Assembly (NCBI GenBank): GCA_963666285.1
Contig: OY762711.1
DNA from: Sedimentisphaerales bacterium
GTDB lineage: Bacteria; Planctomycetota; Phycisphaerae; Sedimentisphaerales; SM23-30
Reading direction: 5' to 3' (one strand)
DNA length: 64,000 bases
Positions within the stretch are counted from its first letter, which is position 1. The number at the start of each line of letters is the position of its first letter. Positions 1 to 14,116 of the stretch are shown one piece after another. The notes under the pieces were generated by a model. That model made no database searches. It had not been told where the DNA came from and saw only the letters and a program-made list of their open reading frames with translations. Made by a program: the position numbers and the translations under genes.

Positions 1-129
1 TGCTAGCCAGGCCCGAAGATATTTATATAATGATGAGTCCCCGGAGTAGCAGTTACGTATTGATGTAACCAACTGCTATTCCAACAAGTAACAACATACA
101 TTTTAACCCACCTTATAGCGGAGGCTTAA

Positions 130-3663
<3,534 letters not shown>

Positions 3664-3699
3664 TTAAGTCTGAGTTTTGTAGTTTTGTAAATAATCTAA

Positions 3700-3736
3700 G
3701 CCGGATGGTAACAAATGTTACTGTCCGGTTATTTTA
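3700..3736 (+). terminator. Intrinsic terminator after PFOR
   Basis: gccggatggtaac-aaat-gttactgtccggt stem followed by tatttt. Confidence 0.75.
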
Positions 3737-3986
3737 TGTCATCTTTGTTTGTTAGTGTTATTTAGTAGTCGAGTAATGTAATCAGCCGCATTTCAGTAGG
3801 GTATTTACAGATATCTGTCATTTTACATTGACATTATATATTTTTAAGTTATTATTCTATTATATATTGATGGTCGGATAGAAATTCCAGCGACCAGATA
3901 TATTTACTATTGTATGCTAGTGCTGGCCCCAAAATTTGAGTTCAGCCAAATTGAGGATTTATACAAATTACATTGGAGTGAAAGTT

Positions 3987-6900
3987 ATGAGATTGTTAAA
4001 GGGATATATTTTAAGCTTAGTCATCTTATCATCAGTAATTTCTGGTTCATATGCTGCAAATGGTATTTTGCCGGGAGAAGGCACAATTACAAATCCATAT
4101 TTGATTGAGGATTACCAGGATTTTGTTGCATTTTCAGACATAGATAATGCATTTAAGTACTGTTCTGCAGGAGTTAATGTTTCACTTATGACTGATCTTG
4201 ATCTTGATCCTCAATTGCCAGGTAGGGAGGTGTATAGTGAGTCGGTGGTTCAGGGAAGTCTGCATGGTATTATAATTGGTCCGATCATATCTGATCCTGT
4301 TATTATTTACCCCGATATAGTAAATCTAAATCAGGATTGTGTAGAGAATAGCTTTGATATTTATGAAACTGTTTTAGATGAACCGGATTATGGTGTCATA
4401 TCATCGAGTATATTCGAAATAGTACGACTCAATAAGTTTGAGTCTGGTTATGCTTATGCCGGTACATTTTGGGGTAATGGTCATAAGATTAAGAATCTAA
4501 CGATTTATAATAATACGGAACATAGCAATGGGTGTGGTTTGTTTTCTACTATTCTTGATACAGGTGCTGTATATGACCTCTCCTTAATAGATATTTCAAT
4601 ATCTGGTAAGTTTAATTATGCAGGTGGTATTTGTTCAGTGAACGAAGGTGTTATCGATAATTGTGTTATTAAAGGGGAGATTGTGTCGGAGTTTCAATGC
4701 CATTCATTCGGAGGTGTTGCCGGAGATAATTTTGGTACTATTTCTAATTGTGTATCTTATGCCAGTGTTCTTTCCTTTGCATATGCAGGTGGAATATGTG
4801 GTAAAAATGCAGGCTTGATAACTTCTTGCAGCAGTCAAGGTTCTATAATGGCTACTGAAGCTGCCGGTGGAATAGCCGGCTCAAATGGTGCAGTTTCCAT
4901 TAGTGATTACGAAGGGCATATATTGAACTGTTATTCAACTGCTAGTGTTGATGAAGTCATATTGGATTATTGGTATTTGGCAGAACCTGAACTTGAAGGT
5001 TTTTACGATGGAACTTATGTTGCTGGAATATATGCTTCTATATGCGGTGTCAACCTTCAAGGTTCGATTGCAAACTGTTATGGCAATGATATTATTACAA
5101 GTAAGATTTGTGACGTGTGTGATGTTAGCAATGATATTTATAACTGTTTTTGGAATAATGACTCTAACGTAAAACCGGAGTATGCCGATGAAATGTGGGT
5201 GTCTAAAAGTGAGATGCTTGTTACGGATACTTTTATTGCTGCAGGTTGGGATGAATCAGTCTGGATGCTAAATGCTGGTTCTATGCCGGAATTATTTAAC
5301 ATATACCTGAAAGACGTTGGAATTGTTGGTATTGAAATAGATTCAGATAGTGATGTTTTGTTTGCTGGTGATTCAATAACTGCATCTATTGTATATAATA
5401 ATGGTATGAAGATGCATGGCAAAAATGTTTACTGGAGTATTGTTGATGGTTCAGATAATTTGGAAATATTCGACGGTAGAATTGAGCAGTTAAATTTCTT
5501 CTTCGATCCTGTCGTTATTGAGTTTAGGGCCACAACGTACGATGCCGGTGAATATTATACAGCAAGTGAGCAATTTACTGTTTATCCGTATGGCTGGAAA
5601 ACCGATTCTTCTATTACTTCCATGCATATATATGCTTCCAGTGTTGGAGTTCCAGATCAGTGGATATCGTTTACAGTTGAGGGTATTGATTTGGGTCAAA
5701 ATGAGATTAGTTCTATTGGTGTTAAATTAGCGGACTATTCAGGTAGCATTGTTGCTTCAAAATCAGCACTCTCCTTAGGCTCTGGTGAAAATACTTTTGC
5801 ATATAATGCTGCAAACCATACTCTGGAGGCGAATATAAAAGGCACGTATGACTTTATTGGTATTGAGTATCCTCTTATTGTTAATATTTCTGGTGCAGGT
5901 TTCAGCAAAACATGTTTTGCTTTTGACGAAGAAGTTGTTTTCCAGATGCCTGACGGGATGAATGATGCTTCTTTTGACGATGTGGTCATTTATCGCCAGG
6001 AAACTCCAGGGAATGATACTGATATGAATTGGAAATCTGATTCTAATTTAACTATTCTGGTAGATAATTTTATTGATTATTGTTCCAGTGTGCCATTGCA
6101 GGTTATATTTACAAATGAAAATGGTGAAATGGTTGATGTGACCGGATCGGTAGAATTTACAGTAGGTATTGGTGGAGAATACGGTTATTTTGATAATGGT
6201 ATGTTATATAATGAAAATGAGTCTAATATCCCTAATACTATTTTTATCGCATGTAAGTACATATTGGACGGCACTGAATATCGTACCTGGAAATCAGCCC
6301 ATTTATTACCTGATTACCAAAGTACGCAATTGAATATCAGGAATGTGACAGTTAAAGCTTCTTCAAATAGAAGTAAGCCCAAAGATCGTTTAGAGATGGA
6401 AATAAGAGATTTTATTATTCCTACAAGCTATCCAAAATATACTCAGTGGGCAATTGATGTCAATTCCAAAGAATTTGTTGTTTCCAGAGAGCTAACCATT
6501 GCTATTGAAGATAAAAACGGCATAGCCGTTAATGGTTTCCCAAGGACATATCAATGTGATGAATACATAAGAAATTATATGATTGATGACATGAAAGTTT
6601 ATAGTTCTAAAGATGAAAAATTCGAATTCAGATTTGCTAATAATGCAGCTGCTCAGATCAACGGCTATCTGAATATTAGCTTGAAAAATCAGAACCTTAC
6701 CGGCTTGTCAGCTCCGTTTAAGGTGATTATCAGTTCTGATAATCCTGTAAGCGGCTTCAAGGCAGAAGGATTTGCCTACGATTCAAGTCTCAGTGTGAAC
6801 GTAGATGGGCAGAATAAACGTTACAGTGATGTTATAAATAAAGATAAAAACATGCCTTGTATTCTTCTTAATGGAAGAGAAGATAGTGTGTTTGTTTCTC

Positions 6901-7301
6901 AAATAAAAAATAAGATTGGTAAAGGAAGCAATAGTGACAGCCTGAAAATATCAGGAACGTTTACTGTTGCTGATATTGACAACTTCGATCCAAAATTGCT
7001 GTATATTAAATACGGATCGCATGAGGATTATAGTGATAAAATCACAAAAGTAAAAAATGGCTATGTTGTCAAAGAGAAAGTTTACATTGATGATATTCAT
7101 TCGGAAATACCCGGCAAACAAAAGAAGATATTTGATTTATATGCAATGTTTAACATGAAGACTATGAAGTTTAATATCAGGATAAAAAATGTTAATGCTC
7201 CATATAAACTGGATGATGAAGAATTCAGTTTTCAGTTTATTGATGCTGATATAAATGATGTAATTGACAATAACTTTACAGTTATTTATACGGCTGATTA
7301 G
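3987..7301 (+). CDS. Large secreted protein with N-terminal GLUG-type beta-solenoid repeats
   Basis: Start moved to ATG 3987 (GGAG upstream, signal peptide MRLLKGYILSLVIL..YAA); GEGTITNPYLI, GTFWGNGHKIKNL and repeated GGICG/GGIAG-N motifs. Confidence 0.75.
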   Translation: MRLLKGYILSLVILSSVISGSYAANGILPGEGTITNPYLIEDYQDFVAFSDIDNAFKYCSAGVNVSLMTDLDLDPQLPGREVYSESVVQGSLHGIIIGPIISDPVIIYPDIVNLNQDCVENSFDIYETVLDEPDYGVISSSIFEIVRLNKFESGYAYAGTFWGNGHKIKNLTIYNNTEHSNGCGLFSTILDTGAVYDLSLIDISISGKFNYAGGICSVNEGVIDNCVIKGEIVSEFQCHSFGGVAGDNFGTISNCVSYASVLSFAYAGGICGKNAGLITSCSSQGSIMATEAAGGIAGSNGAVSISDYEGHILNCYSTASVDEVILDYWYLAEPELEGFYDGTYVAGIYASICGVNLQGSIANCYGNDIITSKICDVCDVSNDIYNCFWNNDSNVKPEYADEMWVSKSEMLVTDTFIAAGWDESVWMLNAGSMPELFNIYLKDVGIVGIEIDSDSDVLFAGDSITASIVYNNGMKMHGKNVYWSIVDGSDNLEIFDGRIEQLNFFFDPVVIEFRATTYDAGEYYTASEQFTVYPYGWKTDSSITSMHIYASSVGVPDQWISFTVEGIDLGQNEISSIGVKLADYSGSIVASKSALSLGSGENTFAYNAANHTLEANIKGTYDFIGIEYPLIVNISGAGFSKTCFAFDEEVVFQMPDGMNDASFDDVVIYRQETPGNDTDMNWKSDSNLTILVDNFIDYCSSVPLQVIFTNENGEMVDVTGSVEFTVGIGGEYGYFDNGMLYNENESNIPNTIFIACKYILDGTEYRTWKSAHLLPDYQSTQLNIRNVTVKASSNRSKPKDRLEMEIRDFIIPTSYPKYTQWAIDVNSKEFVVSRELTIAIEDKNGIAVNGFPRTYQCDEYIRNYMIDDMKVYSSKDEKFEFRFANNAAAQINGYLNISLKNQNLTGLSAPFKVIISSDNPVSGFKAEGFAYDSSLSVNVDGQNKRYSDVINKDKNMPCILLNGREDSVFVSQIKNKIGKGSNSDSLKISGTFTVADIDNFDPKLLYIKYGSHEDYSDKITKVKNGYVVKEKVYIDDIHSEIPGKQKKIFDLYAMFNMKTMKFNIRIKNVNAPYKLDDEEFSFQFIDADINDVIDNNFTVIYTAD

Positions 7302-7321
7302 GATGCGGTAAGAATAATATA

Positions 7322-7362
7322 AAGGCCGGGGATTATTTATTCATATCCTCGGCCTTATCTTA
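7322..7362. terminator. Hairpin or terminator between convergent genes
   Basis: aaggccgggga...tcctcggcctt followed by T-rich sequence. Confidence 0.6.
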
Positions 7363-7545
7363 TTTATGGAGTTAAAATTTACTGTTTAGTAATTATATGT
7401 TTACTTTCGCACTTTTTAAGTTGCAATAAACGCCTAAAAGGGCCTTCTTGTTGCAGTTTGAATTAAATATACTTTCGAGATTTAGCTTCGAAAATGATAA
7501 AAAATCAATTTTCATTCACAAGGCCCTGTTCTGACCTTTGCGGAT

Positions 7546-7602
7546 AACGTTGAACAGTCAAAAGTACGCCTTGTATAAGATGCGAAGCATAAAGCGTACT
7601 AT
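7546..7602. repeat. Dispersed ~57 bp palindromic intergenic element, copy 1
   Basis: aacgttgaacagtcaaaagtacgcc...gatgcgaagcataaagcgtactat aligns with 32253-32310 and partly with 16954-16990. Confidence 0.7.
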
Positions 7603-7603
7603 G

Positions 7604-8245
7604 TTATTTTTGTTTGTATTTAACTGAGCAGCCGTATGGCTTGGTTTCTTTGACAGAAGGTTCTTTATTTGTCAGCAGATCATCAACTACTTGCTTGACA
7701 TAGTTAACTCGCTCTGTCTCCGGCATGTTTCCACGCGGGTCGTTATCAAAAGCGCCTTTATATACAAGCTTTCCGTCAGGGTTAATTATAAACGTATGTG
7801 GAGTTGACTTGGCACCAAAAAGTTTTCCTACTGTGCCTTGACTGTCATCAAGTACTAGATGGGTTACACCTTTTTCTTTCGCCCAGGCTTTATTTATATC
7901 CTGGTCATGGCTATTAGTGCTGTTTATGCTTAACCAGACAACAGGTTTGTTTTTGTACTCATTTACAAGTTTAACGGCGGTATTATATGAAGGGCTGTAA
8001 TGTCGTTTGGTAAACGGGCAATCTGGGTTAACCCATTCCAGTACAACAATTTTCCCTTTAAAGTCAGATAGTGAAACATCTTTTCCATTTTGGTCTTTCA
8101 AGGTAAAGTCAATTGATTTGCTTGCCTTTTCTTCAGATTTGGCGGCAAGAGTCATGGCATTAAAGCCTACTATAAATGCCAATATTCCAGCCAGCCAAAA
8201 GCGTATATTAGATTTTGCTTTGTTCATGACTGTTATTCCTTTCAT
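7604..8245 (-). CDS. Secreted redoxin/AhpC-TSA thioredoxin-fold protein
   Basis: Signal peptide, FTLKDQNGKDVSLSDFKGKIVVLEWVNPDCPF, TPHTF and C-terminal PYGCSVK. Confidence 0.88.
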   Translation of the reverse strand: MKGITVMNKAKSNIRFWLAGILAFIVGFNAMTLAAKSEEKASKSIDFTLKDQNGKDVSLSDFKGKIVVLEWVNPDCPFTKRHYSPSYNTAVKLVNEYKNKPVVWLSINSTNSHDQDINKAWAKEKGVTHLVLDDSQGTVGKLFGAKSTPHTFIINPDGKLVYKGAFDNDPRGNMPETERVNYVKQVVDDLLTNKEPSVKETKPYGCSVKYKQK

Positions 8246-8743
8246 GTTATTGTAATGAGATATATGGCTCTCATTTGTAACTGCTTTAGCAGTAATTGTT
8301 TAAGTTGAATTTGAATACTGTGTATTCATTCTGTCTTACTATTTATGCAATTATAGTCGGCATACGAATTAAGAGTCAAAACAATGGATAAATATCTATA
8401 TCAATATTGAGCATTATACAGGTGGTGAGTAAGTCGTTTTGGTAATACCTTAGATTGTATGTTGGTATAAGTGTTTGTATTAGCAAAGTTTACGTTAATG
8501 CCGGTTTATGGTCGGCAGGTTTCCGATTACATATTGTATGCCTGGTATTATCCCTTTTTTCATTAAATTAAAGGCTTTCCCTTTAATATAATAATAATTA
8601 ATAGTTGTATATATGAATGTCCGATACTATTATTAATAGCTTTGTAGTAGAAAGTAGACTATAATTGGAATAATGTCCCTTTATATGCATAAGTATATAT
8701 ATAATAGAAATTTGCGTTAAATTAGTAAGAGGTTGTGTAATTT

Positions 8744-11700
8744 ATGGCGTTTCTCGAAAAAATAGGCAAAGGCCTGACGAAAATATTTGGTACCAGTAGC
8801 GACAGATATGTAAAAAAGCAGGCTAGCTTTATTGCCGCACTTTCTGAATTGGAAGTTAAGTATGGTGCATTGACTGATAATGAATTAAAGCAAAAATCCG
8901 AAGAACTTAAACAACGGATTCAGGAATTTCAGGATAAGATTCTGGACCGACCTTTACGTGAAATCCTGAAGGAGATACCTACACTTACTGAAGGTGATCG
9001 AATTCCGGCCAAAAAACGCATAACTGAGCAGCTTAGACAAATATGCGATGAAGTTCTCGTTGAAGCTTTTGCTGCGGTTCGTGAGGCGTCTGACCGCCAC
9101 CTGGGTGTCAGAAATATCTTTAACCGTGATCTTGGATTTGATAAGTCAATTCTATCTGCCGAAATGCAGACTGTTTATGATGAAATTGTACTAAAGATGT
9201 CACAAGGTCAAAGTGTACATGATTTGGAATTACCTCCTCAGATATATTCAGAGGTCAGGGCAAAGTTTCCTGTCGAAAACAGGCCTCCTTACCGTTTCAG
9301 ACATTTTGATGTTCAAATGATTGGCGGTAGCGTATTGTATGAAGGCCAGATTGCCGAAATGGCTACCGGTGAGGGTAAAACTCTTGCAGCTACCTTGGCG
9401 GCATATATTGTCGCTCTTAGCGGTAGAAAAGTACATGTTATTACAGTTAATGATTATCTGGCACAGCGTGACTGTGATTGGATGGCACCTGTTTATAATG
9501 CATTAGGACTCACCGTCGGGGCTATTCAGTCAGGAATGGATACTGCCGGCGATACGCGTCGCCAGATGTATTCCTGTAATATAACTTATGGCACCAACAA
9601 TGAATTTGGTTTCGATTATCTGCGTGATAATATGAAAGGTCGACTTGAAGATCAGGTGCAAGGTCCTCTTGATTATACTATTATCGATGAGGTTGACTCT
9701 ATTCTGATCGATGAAGCTCGAACTCCGCTTATTATCTCCGGTCCTGCTAAGGATGATACGAACAGATACCGCAAAGCCGACCAGATTGCCAGGGAAATTA
9801 TTCGTATGCAGAAGCCGTATACGGATATTGAAAACCAGATAAATCAGCTGAAGATGGATGCTGCAAATGCTGCCGGTGAGCTTTCTGATGCTAAGAAGAA
9901 TAAAGACAAAACTCGTGAGCAGGTTGCCCATAAAGCAATAGAAGAGTGTGAGTCGAAGATAGATGAGCTTGAAGCGCAGCTTGCTGCCAAGACTCAATAT
10001 TATGAAGTTGAATATGACCGACATAGTGTTCAGCTAACTCATGAAGGTATTGGTGCTGCCCAGGATATTGCCGGGATTGGAAGTTTTTATGTCGGTTCCA
10101 ATATGGAATGGCCTCATTTGATGGAGCAGTCCTTGAGGGCTCATGTTGTCTTTGAGAAAGAAAAAGATTATGTGGTACAGGACAATCAGGTAATTATCGT
10201 TGATGAGTTTACCGGGCGACTTATGCATGGCCGTCAATGGTCAGATGGTCTTCATCAGTCGGTGGAAGCTAAAGAGGGCGTTTCAATTAAACAGGAAAGC
10301 CAGACTCTTGCTACAATTACTCTGCAAAACTTCTTTAAGATGTATCAGCAGATTGCAGGTATGACAGGTACTGCAATGACTGAATCTGATGAGTTTATGA
10401 ATATTTATAATCTGGGTGTAGTTGCTATTCCAACAAATAAGCCGATTATTAGAGATGACCGTGATGATCTTGTCTATCGTACTATACCGGAGAAAGATAA
10501 TGCGATTATAGAAGAGATATTTCGTATCAGTAAATCGGGGCAGCCTATTCTTATTGGTACCGCTAGTATCGAAGCTAATGAAAATCTGTCGCGTCAGCTG
10601 GATAAAAAATATGGACTTGAGCATGAAGTTCTTAATGCAAAGCAGCATGCTCGTGAAGCTGCCATTGTAGTCAAGGCCGGTCAGCAGCATAAAGGCCGTA
10701 ATGGCGAAATGTGGGGAAATATTACGGTGGCTACCAATATGGCCGGACGTGGAACTGATATCAAGCTTTCCAGTGATACTCTTGCTAAAGGGGGGCTTTA
10801 TGTATTGGGAACTGCTCGCCATGAAGCTCGTCGTATCGATAACCAGCTTCGAGGTCGTTCCGGTCGTCAGGGTGATCCGGGCTGCAGCCAGTTCTTCCTG
10901 AGCTTCCAGGATGATTTGATGAGGATTTTTGCTCCTGACTGGATTATTAAAGCGTTTGAAAGAATTGGCTGGGAGGAAGGTGAGCCGATTGTCCATAAAC
11001 GTATTACCAATTATGTAGAAAAAGCTCAGAAAAAAGTTGAGCAGCGAAATTTTGAAGCTCGAAAAAGCCTCCTGGAATATGATGAGGTTATGGAATATCA
11101 AAGACAGGTATTTTATACTCGTCGCCAGCGAATTTTGGCTGGTGTTGGTATTGAGGATGATATCTGGGAAATGATAGATGATATCATTGCCGAACGGTCT
11201 GAAGAAATCATGCATGGTGATTATCCGTATCAGTGCATTAGTGAATGGTCTCGATCAGCCTTAGGTGTTGACCTTGAAATTGAAAAATTAAAAAATACCG
11301 GTACAAAATCACTTGAATCTCTTATTAGAAGTCATGCGCAAAATAATACAGAGCAGGACATCTCGATTACTATTGGTGAATATATGAGTCGCGATCTTGA
11401 TTCCAAAGATTGGGATCTCCAGGGACTTAGCCAGTGGGCTATGAGTAAATACAAGGTGAGTTTGTCCAAGAGAGAGCTTGGCAGTATGGATATTGCTCAG
11501 GCCAGGGAAAAAATCACTGAAGGGGCACTGGCTCATCTTGAAAAATTTGATTATTCTAGAATATCAACATTTCTTGATCCGGAGTATGCTGCGACTACGC
11601 TTACTGACTGGGTTAATCAGAAATTTGAATTAGAAGTTAAATCCGAGGATGTCAAAGGAAAGAATGTTGAAAATGTAGTTGAAATCTTATGTCGTGCCGC

Positions 11701-12535
11701 TCGTGATAAATATAAAGAGCGTGAAATCGAATATCCGGTAGATTTTATTTTGAGTGTTGCTGCTCATCGCCATCAGGCAGGCAGCAGCTATGCCGCACAG
11801 GAAGTGTGTGCATGGGTTCAGAATAAGTTTTCTATAGTATGGGATATTGATGAAATACACGGTTTGAATTATGACCAGATGCGAGCGAAGCTTATCGATC
11901 TTATGCGAACACGCGGTAATGGTACCTTTGATAAGGAGATAAAGGATATTATCGATAATGCTTCTGGCGATCAGCAGGGAATTGAGCAGCTGGCAGAAAA
12001 ACTTTCTGCAAGATATCATAAGGATATTAAATCCTGGCAGATTCGATCTGACCAGATAGCTGAATTTGTCGAACATACTGCAAATAATTTTATTCGTGAA
12101 GAGTTAACCGAGCTGGAACGTTATGTTCTGCTTCAAATTTATGATTCAACCTGGAAAGAACATCTATACGCGATGGACCATCTCAAATCCGGTATTGGCC
12201 TGAGAGGGCTTGCTGAACGCGATCCTAAGATGGAATACAAACGCGAAGGGTTTAAGATGTTTGGAGAGATGCTCAGCTCCATACGCGATAAAGTTACAGA
12301 CATGATATTCAAAGCACGCCTTGGTGGTGAAGAAGAAAGACGCTCGGTTTGGAATATCTCTAGTGCCGCTCATGATGAGTTCAGTTTATTTTCTCAACAG
12401 CAGCAGGCAGCTCAGCAGCCGCAAGGCCAGGCTGCTATGCCGAGAACTGTCCGGCATGAAGGGCCAAAGGTAGGGCGTAACGATCCATGTCCTTGTGGTA
12501 GCGGTAAAAAGTATAAGAAATGCTGCGGGCAATAA
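8744..12535 (+). CDS. secA: Preprotein translocase subunit SecA, elongated form
   Basis: MATGEGKT, DEVDSILIDEARTPLIISG, NMAGRGTDI, QLRGRSGRQGDPG and C-terminal SEC-C motif GRNDPCPCGSGKKYKKCC. Confidence 0.97.
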   Translation: MAFLEKIGKGLTKIFGTSSDRYVKKQASFIAALSELEVKYGALTDNELKQKSEELKQRIQEFQDKILDRPLREILKEIPTLTEGDRIPAKKRITEQLRQICDEVLVEAFAAVREASDRHLGVRNIFNRDLGFDKSILSAEMQTVYDEIVLKMSQGQSVHDLELPPQIYSEVRAKFPVENRPPYRFRHFDVQMIGGSVLYEGQIAEMATGEGKTLAATLAAYIVALSGRKVHVITVNDYLAQRDCDWMAPVYNALGLTVGAIQSGMDTAGDTRRQMYSCNITYGTNNEFGFDYLRDNMKGRLEDQVQGPLDYTIIDEVDSILIDEARTPLIISGPAKDDTNRYRKADQIAREIIRMQKPYTDIENQINQLKMDAANAAGELSDAKKNKDKTREQVAHKAIEECESKIDELEAQLAAKTQYYEVEYDRHSVQLTHEGIGAAQDIAGIGSFYVGSNMEWPHLMEQSLRAHVVFEKEKDYVVQDNQVIIVDEFTGRLMHGRQWSDGLHQSVEAKEGVSIKQESQTLATITLQNFFKMYQQIAGMTGTAMTESDEFMNIYNLGVVAIPTNKPIIRDDRDDLVYRTIPEKDNAIIEEIFRISKSGQPILIGTASIEANENLSRQLDKKYGLEHEVLNAKQHAREAAIVVKAGQQHKGRNGEMWGNITVATNMAGRGTDIKLSSDTLAKGGLYVLGTARHEARRIDNQLRGRSGRQGDPGCSQFFLSFQDDLMRIFAPDWIIKAFERIGWEEGEPIVHKRITNYVEKAQKKVEQRNFEARKSLLEYDEVMEYQRQVFYTRRQRILAGVGIEDDIWEMIDDIIAERSEEIMHGDYPYQCISEWSRSALGVDLEIEKLKNTGTKSLESLIRSHAQNNTEQDISITIGEYMSRDLDSKDWDLQGLSQWAMSKYKVSLSKRELGSMDIAQAREKITEGALAHLEKFDYSRISTFLDPEYAATTLTDWVNQKFELEVKSEDVKGKNVENVVEILCRAARDKYKEREIEYPVDFILSVAAHRHQAGSSYAAQEVCAWVQNKFSIVWDIDEIHGLNYDQMRAKLIDLMRTRGNGTFDKEIKDIIDNASGDQQGIEQLAEKLSARYHKDIKSWQIRSDQIAEFVEHTANNFIREELTELERYVLLQIYDSTWKEHLYAMDHLKSGIGLRGLAERDPKMEYKREGFKMFGEMLSSIRDKVTDMIFKARLGGEEERRSVWNISSAAHDEFSLFSQQQQAAQQPQGQAAMPRTVRHEGPKVGRNDPCPCGSGKKYKKCCGQ

Positions 12536-12541
12536 TGAGTC

Positions 12542-12937
12542 GTGATATATTATGCTGATAATGTTGATGAGCTTAAACTTTCTCAAATAGAAGGTTTTTT
12601 CGCAGGATGGAAGATGCCTGTTTCTCCGGAGCTGCATCTGCAGATTTTGCAGAGCAGTTATGCAGTATGGCTCGCATTTGATAATGATAAATGTGTAGGT
12701 TTTATTAATTCTGTATCCGATGGCTTTTTTTATGCCGGCATTCCATTGTTGGAGGTTTTGCCGGAATATCGAGGCAATGGAATCGGTACCGAATTAGTGA
12801 AACGAATGTTAACTACTTTAGAATCTTTATATGCAGTTGATATTGTCTGTGATCATTCTTTAACTTCGTTTTATTCGAAGCATGCTTTGATTCCTTCAAA
12901 TAGTATGATTAAAAGGAATTTTGGCTATAATCAATAA
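12542..12937 (+). CDS. GNAT family N-acetyltransferase
   Basis: Acetyl-CoA binding motif LEVLPEYRGNGIGTELV. Confidence 0.88.
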   Translation: MIYYADNVDELKLSQIEGFFAGWKMPVSPELHLQILQSSYAVWLAFDNDKCVGFINSVSDGFFYAGIPLLEVLPEYRGNGIGTELVKRMLTTLESLYAVDIVCDHSLTSFYSKHALIPSNSMIKRNFGYNQ

Positions 12938-12964
12938 TTCTGCTAATTTGATTGGAATTTACAT

Positions 12965-13975
12965 TTGGCTTTACGTTTACTTGAAATGAGAGTTCCACTT
13001 GATCGCCGGGAAACAATAGACCAGCTTCTCAAGCAGCAGGATATTATTGACACCTGGCACTATCCTGTCGATGATAAGCATATGATTGTCAGAATTCTTG
13101 TTCCCACCGAAATAAGTGAGGATGTTTCTGATATTTTTGAAAATCGTTTTCAATCTCTTGAATGTTTTCGGCTTACCATTCTTCCTGTTGAAGCTACAAT
13201 TCCGCGGCCTGTTGAAGCAGGCAAATCTCAAGCTGCCTCTACTGAACCTAAGAATAAGAGAGTGAAGCTTATGCGAGTTAGCCGAGAAGAGCTGTATCTT
13301 GATATTAACAGTGCAGCCAGTCTTAGCCCGGTCTTTATTGTTATGGTTGCATTGTCAAGTGTTGTCGCAGCGGTTGGGTTGTTACGCAGCAATACAGCTG
13401 TAGTTATTGGTGCTATGGTAATAGCTCCGCTTTTGGGCCCCAATGTAGCCCTTGCGTTGGCTGCTACTCTGGGAGATATCAAGTTAGCACGTAAAGCTCG
13501 CCAGTCTGGCTTTGCGGGGCTGGTTATACCATTGATTTTCGCAGTTTTGCTTGGGATGATATTAAATGTAGATATTAACGTTCCGGAAATTGCGTCTCGT
13601 ACTTCTATTAGCTTAAGTGATATAGTCGTTGCTCTTGCTGCAGGTGCTGCCGCTACTCTGGCATTTACCACAGGAGCATCCAGCACTCTTATTGGTGTAA
13701 TGGTCGCGGTGGCGTTGCTTCCCCCTTTAGTTACGCTTGGCCTGCTGCTGGGCTCAGGACATTTCTCGCACGCTTTTGGGGCCGGGTTGCTTCTGCTGGC
13801 AAATATGATCTGCGTTAATCTTGCCGGCGTATTAACTTTTCTGCTGCAAGGTGTCAGGCCGCTGCGTTGGGGTGACCAGAAAGCGGCAAAAAAAGCGGCA
13901 CGCAGGGCGATTATTACGTGGGTTATATTATTAGGTATTTTATTGGTGGTATTATATTTGTCCGGCCAGAAATAG
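12965..13975 (+). CDS. TIGR00341/DUF389 family membrane protein
   Basis: AVVIGAMVIAPLLGP and GVMVAVALLPPL motifs with multiple hydrophobic helices. Confidence 0.88.
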   Translation: MALRLLEMRVPLDRRETIDQLLKQQDIIDTWHYPVDDKHMIVRILVPTEISEDVSDIFENRFQSLECFRLTILPVEATIPRPVEAGKSQAASTEPKNKRVKLMRVSREELYLDINSAASLSPVFIVMVALSSVVAAVGLLRSNTAVVIGAMVIAPLLGPNVALALAATLGDIKLARKARQSGFAGLVIPLIFAVLLGMILNVDINVPEIASRTSISLSDIVVALAAGAAATLAFTTGASSTLIGVMVAVALLPPLVTLGLLLGSGHFSHAFGAGLLLLANMICVNLAGVLTFLLQGVRPLRWGDQKAAKKAARRAIITWVILLGILLVVLYLSGQK

Positions 13976-14116
13976 ATATGTTTCCTGTCTGGCATTTATC
14001 ATGTTTCATTATTATATTGTAAATACTCCAGAAAAGACTATAATTTTTAATGTATAATATATGAATATTGTTTGAGAAATACGAATTTAATTCATTATGT
14101 ATTAATGGTTTAGATA

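Noticed and set aside
7540..7610. Integron attC site (minus strand taac...ttcaacgttat right after a stop codon)
   Set aside because: The L boxes and spacing do not fit attC, the other copies lack the R boxes, and no integrase is in the window.
13228..13995. 255 aa minus-strand ORF
   Set aside because: It is an antisense shadow of the TIGR00341 gene.
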